Part shown: piece by piece, positions 1 to 10,030 of the stretch | Numbering within the stretch: position 1 is the first letter of the stretch | Layout of the letters: each line of letters opens with the position of its first letter | DNA from: Chitinophaga pinensis | GTDB taxonomy: Bacteria > Bacteroidota > Bacteroidia > UBA7662 > JAIXUI01 | Length of the DNA: 64,000 bases | Assembly (NCBI GenBank): GCA_943373175.1 | Contig: CALSBM010000001.1 | Location: 51,298 to 115,297, forward strand | Direction: 5' to 3' | The notes under the pieces: model-generated | The model's input: the letters and a program-made list of their open reading frames with translations, nothing else | Told to the model about the DNA's origin: nothing | Database searches by the model: none | Program-made: the position numbers and the translations under genes

Positions 1-110
1 ATCTGTAATAACTATTAACTTATTATCACTGAAGCGATCTGGAAATTGCGTAACCAACTCAATAGCATTGAGATACTGAGTAGGATTAGCAAGAATGAAA
101 AGGGTAGTCA

Positions 111-150
111 TTAAAAAAAATTCGGCCTGCTTATCGGAAATAAGCAGGCC
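111..150 (-). terminator. Rho-independent terminator closing the polysaccharide operon
   Basis: Minus-strand hairpin GGCCTGCTTAT/ATAAGCAGGCC followed by a T8 run, immediately downstream of the stop of the 163..1218 gene. Confidence 0.6.
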
Positions 151-162
151 ATTTATAATTGA

Positions 163-1218
163 TTACAAACCTAGCTTGCTCTGTACCAGTTTTACCTGAT
201 CAAGCACTCTTGCAGCGTATCCCCACTCATTGTCATACCAAAGAACTAACTTCAACATGTGTCCTTGAATAACATTTGTCCATCGATGGTCAACAACAGC
301 AGCAAAATCGGCTTTCTTAAAATCAAGTGAGACCAATGGTTCCCAGTTATTATGAATAATTGGCCAAAATTGGGTTTGCTCCATTTCTTCGAACATTGCT
401 AAAACATCCTTAGTCTCGGCAAAATCTCTTAGGTGAAGCGTTAAATCAGCACTCCCTACAATTGCTGTAGGAGTTCTGTATGAAAAAGAACCGATAATAT
501 CTTCCGTAATTCCATGCTTTTTTAGCACTGAACAAGTGGCTGTTATTGCAGTTGTTGGCTTGGGAATCATGTTGCCAATTGCGGAGCGTCCAAGCGCAAA
601 GTGGTGATAAATTTCACCTGGAACAGACCATGAACTGGCAGGACCGTCCATAAGATTCTGATAATTGAGCCAAGGGTGAAGCGTAGTGGCATATCCATGA
701 GTGATTCCAAAACGCTCAGCGACAGCTTTCATCACAGGAGCAATTGCTGTTGCATCACAAATAGAAGTGGAAATTACGAATTGTGTATCCAAATCTAATT
801 CGGTTTCATTTGCACCAAGAACCATGGTGAAATCTACATTGTTTGGACAATGAGTAATGAACACTCGCTTTACGCCTTTGCGCTCAATTAACTTATGTGC
901 ATCTACAACATTGCTGTAAACACCAGAGGCGTCAATTACAAAGTCACAACCATGAGAAGACCAATCTACGTCATTGATACTCTTTTCATGTGTAACAGCA
1001 ATCGTACGGCCATCTTCACCTACAAGATTGCTTCCTTCCAACTTGAATAGTACTGGAAGTCTGTCGTACAATGTATCGTAGTTCAAGGTATAGGCAATAT
1101 TCTTGATGTTTGGATTTACATCATTGATTGCTACAACTTCGAACATTTTCTTGTCAAGGTTGTTTCTGAAAATGGCTCGACCAATTCTGCCGAATCCATT
1201 AATTCCAATTTTCAACAT
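163..1218 (-). CDS. divergent GAPDH-family NAD(P)-dependent dehydrogenase (glyceraldehyde-3-P/erythrose-4-P dehydrogenase-like)
   Basis: N-terminal INGFGRIGR Rossmann motif, a catalytic Cys in a degenerate S-loop (SICDATAIAP in place of SCTTNCLAP), a C-terminal WYDNEWGY motif; 351 aa; sits inside a glycan operon. Confidence 0.7.
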   Translation of the reverse strand: MLKIGINGFGRIGRAIFRNNLDKKMFEVVAINDVNPNIKNIAYTLNYDTLYDRLPVLFKLEGSNLVGEDGRTIAVTHEKSINDVDWSSHGCDFVIDASGVYSNVVDAHKLIERKGVKRVFITHCPNNVDFTMVLGANETELDLDTQFVISTSICDATAIAPVMKAVAERFGITHGYATTLHPWLNYQNLMDGPASSWSVPGEIYHHFALGRSAIGNMIPKPTTAITATCSVLKKHGITEDIIGSFSYRTPTAIVGSADLTLHLRDFAETKDVLAMFEEMEQTQFWPIIHNNWEPLVSLDFKKADFAAVVDHRWTNVIQGHMLKLVLWYDNEWGYAARVLDQVKLVQSKLGL

Positions 1219-1220
1219 AT

Positions 1221-1865
1221 TTACTTTTTAAGTGTTTCAAGGCCAAAAAAGGTGGAGAGATTGTAACTGATACTTACATTCGAGTTACTTCCAAAGAAAC
1301 TCTCCCAATTTTCCATTTGAGTATGTCCAAATAAAAAAATAAACTTGGCACCGATGTGGTTGGCACTTTCGAAATCCATTTTACTGTCACCGAAAAACCA
1401 AACATCATCTTTTAGCTCAAGTTCATTAAGATGGTCTTTTTTACTCTTCGGACCACCACATATTGCATCAAAATAGGAATCGATTCCTTTGACTTCAAAT
1501 AATTTTTTTACTTCTCGCTCTTCACCACCTGAGAGTGCAATTAGTTTACACTTCTTAGATAGCATTTCAATTACTGTCTGGGCTTTCGCTGTAAATTCAA
1601 CTGAATACAAACTTTCTTCATTAAGCCGCTCATATGTTTTTAGCACTGTGCTATACTCAACTGTTTCTTCTCCAAATTGAGCTGCAATTTTAGTTTGCCT
1701 TGTAACGCCGTTTTGTGAAGTAAAATGACGTACAAAATCTTTTAGCTTTTCTCCATTCAAAAAAAGTGAAGCTGCTTTTTGAATGTTGCTTTCTTTTAGT
1801 TGATTAGAATCAAAAATGACACCGTCAACATCTAAAATTACTGTAGCAGGAAGTATATTAAACAT
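1221..1865 (-). CDS. HAD-superfamily phosphatase (KdsC / phosphoglycolate-phosphatase-like)
   Basis: DVDGVIFD motif I near the N-terminus, 214 aa, gene order and 2-nt spacing consistent with the same operon. Confidence 0.65.
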   Translation of the reverse strand: MFNILPATVILDVDGVIFDSNQLKESNIQKAASLFLNGEKLKDFVRHFTSQNGVTRQTKIAAQFGEETVEYSTVLKTYERLNEESLYSVEFTAKAQTVIEMLSKKCKLIALSGGEEREVKKLFEVKGIDSYFDAICGGPKSKKDHLNELELKDDVWFFGDSKMDFESANHIGAKFIFLFGHTQMENWESFFGSNSNVSISYNLSTFFGLETLKK

Positions 1866-1935
1866 AGTATTAAGGAATTATTGTAAGTGACTTATCCTTG
1901 CAAGTAATTTTGCTAATTTCTAAACACAACTTTTT

Positions 1936-2688
1936 TTAGTTTCTAGTATCTCTGTTTTCTATTAGAAGATCTTGTACAAATTCAGAATATCGGGGTTGAT
2001 AGTTGTTTTGCTGTTCTTTAAATTTAATAGCTAATTCAGCGCGGATAAAATCATCCTCTTCATCAATATCAATGGTTGCAAACCCATCTAATGGAAAAGT
2101 AAGAATCTCTCCGCTTAACACGGCATAACCATTGGCTTCATACGATTCCATAAATTTTTTAGTGTCATATAACGCAATAGAAAAATTTAAAGCATGAACT
2201 GGCTGCAAATCCTGTGACCTTGGTAATTGTCCATCACAGGAAAAGTTCAAAGATTTTCCATTGAAAAAACAATGGGTTTGAATTTTTTCACAAGTAATCA
2301 ATGTATTTGCTTCTGACTTCAAATAGGCAAGAACAGCATCATCAATTATTTGACCTGTTATAAATGGAGCTGTTGGGGTAATAACAGCCAGAAAATCTGA
2401 AGGTACTGCCTTCATAAAATCATAGATATAATCATCTATCATAGAAGTACTTGTAGCTAATTCTGCCCGTCTATGATAAAAGTTCACCTCAAGTTTTTTT
2501 GCAATTTCTTCCCATTGAATAGCGTCCGAATTGATGTAAATTCCTTCAGAAATATAATTACTGGATTTTATCGCATTCAATGTATGTTCCAGCAAAGTAA
2601 CCTCGCCTAAAAGGCGCATTCCTTTCATCGGGACACGATTGCTTCCAAGCCTAGAAGGTACTACTGTTAGAAATGTTCCTTGTTTCAT
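1936..2688 (-). CDS. NeuA/KdsB-family CMP-ulosonic acid cytidylyltransferase (second copy, divergent)
   Basis: VVPSRLGSNRVPMKG...LLG matches the IPARxGSKxxPxKN P-loop of acylneuraminate/Kdo cytidylyltransferases, 250 aa. Confidence 0.6.
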   Translation of the reverse strand: MKQGTFLTVVPSRLGSNRVPMKGMRLLGEVTLLEHTLNAIKSSNYISEGIYINSDAIQWEEIAKKLEVNFYHRRAELATSTSMIDDYIYDFMKAVPSDFLAVITPTAPFITGQIIDDAVLAYLKSEANTLITCEKIQTHCFFNGKSLNFSCDGQLPRSQDLQPVHALNFSIALYDTKKFMESYEANGYAVLSGEILTFPLDGFATIDIDEEDDFIRAELAIKFKEQQNNYQPRYSEFVQDLLIENRDTRN

Positions 2689-2788
2689 CTTTTAAGTATT
2701 ATTACTGTTATGCCTCAATTTAAAGACAAACAGTTTCTTTTTGCTTCTTTTCGTATATGCAATTAACTTGTCAAGTAATCCGAATAAT

Positions 2789-4063
2789 CTATCTGCCTGG
2801 CATAAATGCCGGAGCTCTATTTGCCAAAGATTTTATTCTGTTTTGACTTACTTGCTTATCAACAATGCAGTAATGACTAACTATAATTGCAAGTATAAAC
2901 ATATTGATTTGTGAGAACCAGTTTGGATTTGAAATCCCATAAATCAACTCTGAGACAAAAAGAGTCATAAAAAACGTTGAAGAGTATGAAGAGAACAACT
3001 TGTTATTAACTCCCCAATTTTTAATTATTCTTTTGAACATTTGGATATAAATAGAAAGATATGCTATCAAACCTAAAATTCCAGTTTGAGCAGCAATATC
3101 AAGCAAATCAGAGTGGCTAATACTTCCTAACTTATACTTAATTTGATTGAGACCTACTCCTATAATTGGATTATCAAGAAATAGACTAAAGGTCTTTTGG
3201 TAAAGACTAAGCCTCGCCTCCCCCTCTACAGCGTCGTCTAATGAATCGTTTCTTGTTAAACGCCGATAAAGAAAAGTATCGCCGAAAAGGGCATCTCCAA
3301 AGGTTAAAAATATCATGTAAAGTATATAAACAACGATCAAAGCTGCAACAAGTCGGCCTCCACTAAGTCGTTTAAAAAAGAAAAACATCGCTAGCGAAAG
3401 GAAAATATTTGCAAAGGCTCCGCGGGAAGCAGTAAGAATAATAACATTAATACAGAAGCCTAAAAGTCCCACATACATTAATTTCTTAACAACTCCCTCC
3501 GCTGTAAAGGCATAAAACAACGCCAACAATACGCCAATCCTTGAGAAAGTTGCCAAGCCATTTGCATTTCCTGTAATTCCTGTTAATCGGTAGTATTCAT
3601 CAGAAGCGTCTTGAGTAGGATCTTTAATAACAACACTTAATACTGCAACTGTAATGGAAGCTAAAAAAACTGATTTGAAAAGAAGCTTAATCTCATTGGG
3701 TTTTTCAACTGAAGAAAAAACCATAATCATAAGAAGCCAGTTAGAAAGAATCACTTTAATGTACCTGAAATAACCATCCGTGTCTTCAACATTAACAAGT
3801 CCAAGAAGTGAGATTGGAAGCAGCGCTCCAAACAATTTTATTTCAACAGGCAGTTTTGTGATTTTGGTTACATTATTAGAAAGCACATAAAATAGAACCA
3901 TTGGGCCTAAAACCCAGAGAATGATTTGATTTAAACCTGAAGAGGCAAAGTTACCATACAGAGAACCGACAAGAAAGATAAACACATAAGCTGCCATTAC
4001 TTTGGCACTCATGCTTACTGTTTCCACTACATCTGGAAGGCGTTGTACGCCAGATAAAATCAT
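2789..4063 (-). CDS. O-antigen polymerase/ligase family membrane protein (Wzy_C-like)
   Basis: 424 aa, about 10-12 hydrophobic segments with a large loop, typical position in a polysaccharide locus. Confidence 0.55.
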   Translation of the reverse strand: MILSGVQRLPDVVETVSMSAKVMAAYVFIFLVGSLYGNFASSGLNQIILWVLGPMVLFYVLSNNVTKITKLPVEIKLFGALLPISLLGLVNVEDTDGYFRYIKVILSNWLLMIMVFSSVEKPNEIKLLFKSVFLASITVAVLSVVIKDPTQDASDEYYRLTGITGNANGLATFSRIGVLLALFYAFTAEGVVKKLMYVGLLGFCINVIILTASRGAFANIFLSLAMFFFFKRLSGGRLVAALIVVYILYMIFLTFGDALFGDTFLYRRLTRNDSLDDAVEGEARLSLYQKTFSLFLDNPIIGVGLNQIKYKLGSISHSDLLDIAAQTGILGLIAYLSIYIQMFKRIIKNWGVNNKLFSSYSSTFFMTLFVSELIYGISNPNWFSQINMFILAIIVSHYCIVDKQVSQNRIKSLANRAPAFMPGR

Positions 4064-4102
4064 GGTTAAAATTGAGTTAGGTTCAGAAAAACTCGATTAC
4101 TA

Positions 4103-5065
4103 TTAAAGTAATTCTGATTGTTTCATTATCCAGCTAAAGGTGTTAGCCATTCCCTTCTGAAGAGGCCATTGAGGTTTCCAACCAAGCTTTTCCTGAATTA
4201 ATTTATTATCCGAGTTACGCCCCCGAACCCCTGTAGGGCCAGGAATATTTCGAATCGTTAGTTTTTTTCCTGATAAAGAAATAGTTATTTCAGCAAGCTG
4301 ATTAATAGACACCATTTCATCAGAACCTATGTTTACAGGTCCTTCAAAATCAGACTCCATTAACCTGCGCACACCTTCAAGGCATTCGTCGATATAAAGG
4401 AATGAGCGCGTCTGAAGTCCATCGCCCCAGATTTCAATAAAACTATTATCTTTTGCCTCAACTACTTTTCTACAAATTGCAGCAGGTGCTTTTTCTTTTC
4501 CACCTTTCCAAGTTCCACAAGGCCCGAAAATATTATGAAAACGTGCTATCCGGACTTTAAGCCCATAATTACGGGCGTACGATAGATAAAGACGTTCTGA
4601 AAACAATTTTTCCCATCCATACTCACTATCTGGTGCAGCCGGATAAGCCGAATCTTCTGAGCACTCTGGATTGTTAGGATCTAACTGATTATACTCAGGA
4701 TAAATACAGGCAGATGAAGAATAAAAAACACGGTCAACTTGATGCTTATGGCATAGATGTACAATATTCAGATTGATTAATGCAGAATTATGCATTACGT
4801 CGGCATCATGTTCGCCAGTAAATATGTAACCAGCACCTCCCATGTCTGCAGCTAACTGATAAACATGATCAAACTGGCGATCAAACAAGGTTGAACAGAA
4901 TGACGAATCGCGTAAGTCTCCTAAAATAAAATCATCGGAGTTGCTATTTCCATATTCATTTATTTTTAAGTCAACGCCTCTGACCCAAAATCCTTCATTT
5001 TTTAACCTATTTACTAAATGGCCTCCGATAAATCCTCCGGCTCCCAGTACGAGTGCATGCTTCAT
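4103..5065 (-). CDS. NAD-dependent epimerase, GDP-mannose 3,5-epimerase-like
   Basis: GAGGFIGGHL Rossmann motif; SSACIYPE and RFHNIFGPCGTWKGGKEKAPAAICRK segments closely resemble GDP-mannose 3',5'-epimerase. Confidence 0.6.
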   Translation of the reverse strand: MKHALVLGAGGFIGGHLVNRLKNEGFWVRGVDLKINEYGNSNSDDFILGDLRDSSFCSTLFDRQFDHVYQLAADMGGAGYIFTGEHDADVMHNSALINLNIVHLCHKHQVDRVFYSSSACIYPEYNQLDPNNPECSEDSAYPAAPDSEYGWEKLFSERLYLSYARNYGLKVRIARFHNIFGPCGTWKGGKEKAPAAICRKVVEAKDNSFIEIWGDGLQTRSFLYIDECLEGVRRLMESDFEGPVNIGSDEMVSINQLAEITISLSGKKLTIRNIPGPTGVRGRNSDNKLIQEKLGWKPQWPLQKGMANTFSWIMKQSELL

Positions 5066-5204
5066 GCTTGTTTCAGATTGATTTTTGAAATAAAACTAAG
5101 ATTACACAAAAATAGTTTATGATTTACTCGGGATATACTTGAAGAAACCAATACCTCGTTTAAAGAACCAACATGAATGACCTCAAAAGGTGTTTTCTTT
5201 TCGG

Positions 5205-6644
5205 TTAACCTAGTGAAGCAAAATGCGCAATTGCCTCGGATACACGTTGGGTACTTTTGCCATCTATTTTATAGCACTCTTGCTCAGCAGAAAATAGTCG
5301 TTTTTCCTTAAGTCTATCCGGTTCACGAAGGTTAATTCGCAAGAACTCATCTAACTCATCAAAGGAACGTGCAATTTCGACACCTCCAAGATTAATGAAC
5401 TTTTTCATGTGAGTAAATTCTCCCATTCTTACTACAGATTTCCACTCAGGATATCCTGAATGTACATCAAACATTGGCATAACCGTAGGTCGATCTGCAA
5501 TTACTGATTCAATCGCAACTGTTGAACATGAGTTCATCGCAATAGTAGAATGAACCAAGAGTGCCGACATCTTCTCCATATCATCATGTTTCATGTGCCA
5601 AGTCATCTCACTATCCTCCATATCCGGAAAATCTACTGCCACACGCTCTCCTACGATTCCTTTTAAACGGCCAATCCAAGTTATATCTGCTGTTCGGCCT
5701 TGGATATTTTGCATGTGTGGCCGTGCAATAAATTGCATCTGTTCCCCATAATGCTTCTCCTGAACACGTTTAGCAAGCCACTCAATAATATCTATCTCAT
5801 CCGGACAGAAGTATGGCGCACTCATGCAAAAGAATATATATGGAAAATCAGGATTAAGACCAAGTTTTTCAAGCCAGACTCTCTCTTTGCCAACTTCCCT
5901 ACTTTGAAAATGAAGGTCAAAATGGGCAACTCCTGTTTCTCTTATATTAGCTCTTGAAACTTTATAAAACGCTTCTATCTCATGCGTCATTATTGGCCCC
6001 CATGAAAGGTAATAATCACCTTCTTCACGGAAATAACCCTTACAAGTGATGTTGTCCCAACTAAGTATATTGAGCAATCTCTTTAATCTAAGCTTTCTAG
6101 CAGTACCAAGAACTACACCTTCCCATCGGTCAACCGGGCGTGTAGAAACTATAAGATCCGGTTTCAACGATTTTAGTTTATTCAATACATCTTCATCATA
6201 ATTTCCAGATCTTTCTACACTTAAATAAAGTTTCTTCAAGAATGGCAGTGCATTAGATAAATAAGAAAGTAAAAGAAAAAATCTAGCAATCCATCTTCTT
6301 AAGTAGGGTGTTTGAGATTTATCAACTCTTCTGAGATGCTTCTCCCAGAGTGCAGGATTCGATTTAATATCTTCGAGCATATAAATTCGAAACCATTCAC
6401 TAAAAAAGGTTGATCGTCCATGCATCGGTTTAAAGAAATGAACTTCGGCACCAGCATTCGTTACTTTATGCTTGAGCTGATCATTTCCTGTATCAATAGC
6501 AAACACATGTAACTCAAGGTTGCATTTAACAAGTTTTTCGATTAATCCAGTTTGAATTAACCCTCTGGCCGTATGGCCATGTGAAACGAGATAAACTACT
6601 TTTTTCATCTTTAATGGATATCGATTATGCCTGAGAGGTTGCAT
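5205..6644 (-). CDS. hypothetical glycan-biosynthesis protein, possibly a GT-B-fold transferase (candidate ulosonic/sialic acid transferase or capsule synthesis protein)
   Basis: 479 aa, no signal peptide, embedded between the deacetylase and epimerase genes; the real start is probably the internal MKKVVYLVSHG at about 6608; I did not recognise a family. Confidence 0.3.
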   Translation of the reverse strand: MQPLRHNRYPLKMKKVVYLVSHGHTARGLIQTGLIEKLVKCNLELHVFAIDTGNDQLKHKVTNAGAEVHFFKPMHGRSTFFSEWFRIYMLEDIKSNPALWEKHLRRVDKSQTPYLRRWIARFFLLLSYLSNALPFLKKLYLSVERSGNYDEDVLNKLKSLKPDLIVSTRPVDRWEGVVLGTARKLRLKRLLNILSWDNITCKGYFREEGDYYLSWGPIMTHEIEAFYKVSRANIRETGVAHFDLHFQSREVGKERVWLEKLGLNPDFPYIFFCMSAPYFCPDEIDIIEWLAKRVQEKHYGEQMQFIARPHMQNIQGRTADITWIGRLKGIVGERVAVDFPDMEDSEMTWHMKHDDMEKMSALLVHSTIAMNSCSTVAIESVIADRPTVMPMFDVHSGYPEWKSVVRMGEFTHMKKFINLGGVEIARSFDELDEFLRINLREPDRLKEKRLFSAEQECYKIDGKSTQRVSEAIAHFASLG

Positions 6645-7617
6645 GCAAATGCCACGACCGGTGGCTCATTGCAGTCATAAAGCTTTCCTCTTTGGCTTTG
6701 AAATGTTTACCTCCCGGAGCATCATTGTTGTCAATTCTTGCTAAAGCAAACGGTTGATTAAGATGTGTATTAATTGCTCTTTCCATGGTAAAAGCAAACT
6801 TATACCCTGCACGCTCAAGAATAGAAGCCATTCCTTGAGCAGAGCTTTTTGAACCATAAGGAAAAGAGAAACCAGAAACAGGCATTCCGATTAGTTGTGT
6901 AAGAATGGATTGAGATCGCTCGACCTCTTCGTGTTTTCGATTCTCATCCATATTACCTGTTGGCACATGAGTATGGCCATGAGAACCCAAATACCCTCTT
7001 CTACCCAAATCAATCACCTGCTGATGGTTCATATACAATGATTGATGAATAGCCGCTTCGTCCCCAAAATACTCTTCAAATAATTGATTAATAACAACTT
7101 CAAGCTGGTCTCCAGTTAGAAGAAAATTCATTTTATATTTTAGAATAGCAGCTTCTAACGTGTCGTACTTATAGTGATCTGAAGCCTTCGATGCAATTTC
7201 TTTTTCATCATAGGAGTTAAACAATTCCTTGTATTGAAGGTGCAAAGCTATAGAAACAGTTTCTGGTGAAAGCTGGCTTCTTACTAAATGGATTTTATGA
7301 ACATTTTGAACGACAGAACCTTCAACGCTTGCGGTGTTAACAAAGAACAATGCCGGAATACCCATAGCGTCAAGCACCGGAAGAGCCAACTCATACTGTT
7401 CTTTTAACCCATCATCAAAGGTTATAATCAACGCATTATTGGGAAGTGATTGATTGCCATCAATTGCGCCCACAATGTCACTGCATGAAACAAATGTTCC
7501 TTCTTTTGACATTTTTTCCAGCGCATTCCTAAACCCTTCTGGAGTACATCCGAAAATGCTTGGAAATGGCGCATCAAAACTATTGCGGATATAGTGGAAG
7601 TTTACGGCGAGCAACAT
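6625..7617 (-). CDS. polysaccharide deacetylase (NodB/CE4 family)
   Basis: TFDDG motif and a His-rich C-terminal half, 330 aa. Confidence 0.7.
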   Translation of the reverse strand: MLLAVNFHYIRNSFDAPFPSIFGCTPEGFRNALEKMSKEGTFVSCSDIVGAIDGNQSLPNNALIITFDDGLKEQYELALPVLDAMGIPALFFVNTASVEGSVVQNVHKIHLVRSQLSPETVSIALHLQYKELFNSYDEKEIASKASDHYKYDTLEAAILKYKMNFLLTGDQLEVVINQLFEEYFGDEAAIHQSLYMNHQQVIDLGRRGYLGSHGHTHVPTGNMDENRKHEEVERSQSILTQLIGMPVSGFSFPYGSKSSAQGMASILERAGYKFAFTMERAINTHLNQPFALARIDNNDAPGGKHFKAKEESFMTAMSHRSWHLHATSQA

Positions 7618-8421
7618 TTAAAACGCGGTTACTATTGGGTATTGAGCCTGCCTAACAGACTGCTGATTAATATACTCAGCCATCATTCCAGACTCAAACT
7701 GCTCATACATTTTTTGAATATCTAGGGCGTTCAGGTCTTTTCTTTTGCATTCTTCACCCTGAGTTAAATCTTGTGCTTTAGGTTGAAGTATCCTAGAATG
7801 GTATCGTTTTACCACCTCTGGAAACGCTTCGACGGCCTTTATAATGGTTTTATGTCCTAAATCATGGGGGCCATCTAGATGTCCGGCATCAGGACGAACT
7901 TGGTGCAAGATTGCGCCTGCATCTACTTGCAGGGTGGCCAAATGTAAGGTTGCGCCAACACATTCCGGTTTTCCATGCACCAAAGGCCAGAAATTGGTTC
8001 CTGAACCACGGTAATAAGGCGAAAGTCCTAAATGCAAATTCAGAAAACGGTTCTCATACTGGCTAAGCAATGGTGCTTTAATTAAGCTTGAACCGAATAG
8101 GAGGATATAGTCGAAATTATGGTTGGCAATCCAGTTTATTATATCTTCTGAATTGCTTTTGCCTGTTTCTACCCAAACAGCATCCAGGTTGTCAACATTA
8201 CTTGCCTCTTCGAAGAAATACTTCTCACTGACTTGTCGAGCCTTAAAGTGTTCTTCCATGACTTGCTTTTCCTCTACAGGCCAGTCAAATCTTTCGTGGA
8301 CATTGGCCTTTTTCTCAAAAACAACTCCGGCAACAGGCAAATGGTGGCTGATATAATTCGCCATAAAGCGATGCCTCAGCTCATTTCCAGTAATTATCAG
8401 TACTCTAGGTTTTTCCATCAT
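7618..8421 (-). CDS. sugar N-formyltransferase (formyl_trans_N domain)
   Basis: NLHLGLSPYYRG matches the N-x-H-x-S-L-L-P-x-x-R-G formyltransferase catalytic motif; 267 aa; ATGA start/stop overlap with the downstream gene. Confidence 0.65.
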   Translation of the reverse strand: MMEKPRVLIITGNELRHRFMANYISHHLPVAGVVFEKKANVHERFDWPVEEKQVMEEHFKARQVSEKYFFEEASNVDNLDAVWVETGKSNSEDIINWIANHNFDYILLFGSSLIKAPLLSQYENRFLNLHLGLSPYYRGSGTNFWPLVHGKPECVGATLHLATLQVDAGAILHQVRPDAGHLDGPHDLGHKTIIKAVEAFPEVVKRYHSRILQPKAQDLTQGEECKRKDLNALDIQKMYEQFESGMMAEYINQQSVRQAQYPIVTAF

Positions 8422-9332
8422 CCAAAATATTGGCGTAACAGCTTTTCGGCCATAAAAACTTCACAGGCATGCATAGCATCCAAAGATGCACCACCGATAT
8501 GAGGGGTTATCAACACTGGAAGACCCTCTGCCCTTGCGAGAAAAAGCGGACTCTTCTTGTAATCTTCAAGTTCTGTAGCCAAAACGTCGGTACCAACTGC
8601 TTTTAACTTTCCAGAACGTAGTGCATCAGATAAAGCAAATTCGTCAACCAACCCACCTCTAGAAGTGTTCAGAAACCAAGCTGCGGGTTTGAATTTGGCG
8701 ATTAATTCCCTACTAATCATACCTTTAGTAGTCGCATCATAAGGAACATGCAAGCATATTACGTCACTGGTTTCTACCAGTTCCTCCAAAGAATCGTACT
8801 GCTTGTAATCAGGGTTTACAACTTGTGGGTCAACATACCGAACTTGCATACCGAAGGCCTGCCCGTAACGAGCCATCATGCTACCAATTCTACCTAAACC
8901 TATGATACCTAAAGATTTACCTCTGAGTTGATGTCCTCTAAATAAATCTCTGTTCCAAACCCCATGATCTACTGAAGCCATAGCAGATGGAATATGCCGC
9001 ATCATAGCAAGCAACAATCCCCAGCTCAATTCAGCAGTAGAAGGTATGGTCTCTAAGAAAGCAGTCTCTCCTTTCAACGAAAGAAAACCAATGTTTCTTT
9101 GTTTCATCGTTTCTAAATCAAGATGATCAAGACCAGTAGTGGCGGTAACCACCCATTTAAGACGTGGAAACTGACTTAAAACAGACGTATCAATTTTCTT
9201 GGCAAGCCTAACTATTAGTACCTCTGCATCTGGATGAGCATCAGGGAAATAAAGAAACTTAGTTTGTAAAAGTGCAACGGCATCCAAACTATAACGGTCT
9301 GGCTCCAGGTTGCTTACCAGTATTTGGCTCAT
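8418..9332 (-). CDS. D-isomer-specific 2-hydroxyacid dehydrogenase (PdxB/SerA/GhrA-like)
   Basis: GIIGLGRIGS NAD-binding motif, catalytic R/E/H region near the C-terminus (ITPHIGG), 304 aa. Confidence 0.75.
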   Translation of the reverse strand: MSQILVSNLEPDRYSLDAVALLQTKFLYFPDAHPDAEVLIVRLAKKIDTSVLSQFPRLKWVVTATTGLDHLDLETMKQRNIGFLSLKGETAFLETIPSTAELSWGLLLAMMRHIPSAMASVDHGVWNRDLFRGHQLRGKSLGIIGLGRIGSMMARYGQAFGMQVRYVDPQVVNPDYKQYDSLEELVETSDVICLHVPYDATTKGMISRELIAKFKPAAWFLNTSRGGLVDEFALSDALRSGKLKAVGTDVLATELEDYKKSPLFLARAEGLPVLITPHIGGASLDAMHACEVFMAEKLLRQYFG

Positions 9333-10030
9333 TAGTGTTTTTCAGAAAGCCAGTCCTTCATCACTACCTCGGCGATTAACAAATCGCGTGGCTCATCAAT
9401 ATTAAGCAATTGGGAAGCAGGCATTAGATAACCCAAACTAGGGGAAGCCATCACAGTTCCTACTTGTTTAAATGCTTCACAACGAACAACATAAATAGAT
9501 CCGTTGCGATAAAAGGCAGGAGGAATATCCTGTCTTCTTGTACTTTCAAATTCCGGCATAATGGGCTGAAGGTCAGGAGCATCTCCTTTCATCCAGTACA
9601 TTCTTGCGGGGTGAACATCATTCATTGCACATACGGAAATAACCGAGTTAGCATGGGCATTCCGCTTAAGTAAATCCATGCTTTCAGCTATTTGAGCAGA
9701 GGTACGAATAGGAGAAGTGGGTTGAAGCAAAACAACCGCTTCAACATCTGTATCAGAGAGGGCAAGCACTGCTTCAATTGTTTCTCCAATGGGGCTATTA
9801 TCGCGGGCAATAGCAGGATCACGTTCATGAATTTTCACATCCGGATATAGGCGGGCAACATCGAGTATTTGCAAATCATCGCTACTAACCCAAACCTCAT
9901 GAATTGCCTCACATTGCAAAGCTGCCTCGATGCTATAGGCAATCAATGGTTTCCCTAATACAGGGGCAACATTCTTTCCGGGCACTCCTTTAGAACCTCC
10001 ACGGGCAGGAATCAACGCGATGGCTTTCAT
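9332..10030 (-). CDS. neuA: N-acylneuraminate cytidylyltransferase (CMP-sialic acid synthetase)
   Basis: Canonical IPARGGSKGVPGKN P-loop, LLQPTSPIR motif, 232 aa, directly downstream of the neuC-neuB pair. Confidence 0.85.
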   Translation of the reverse strand: MKAIALIPARGGSKGVPGKNVAPVLGKPLIAYSIEAALQCEAIHEVWVSSDDLQILDVARLYPDVKIHERDPAIARDNSPIGETIEAVLALSDTDVEAVVLLQPTSPIRTSAQIAESMDLLKRNAHANSVISVCAMNDVHPARMYWMKGDAPDLQPIMPEFESTRRQDIPPAFYRNGSIYVVRCEAFKQVGTVMASPSLGYLMPASQLLNIDEPRDLLIAEVVMKDWLSEKH

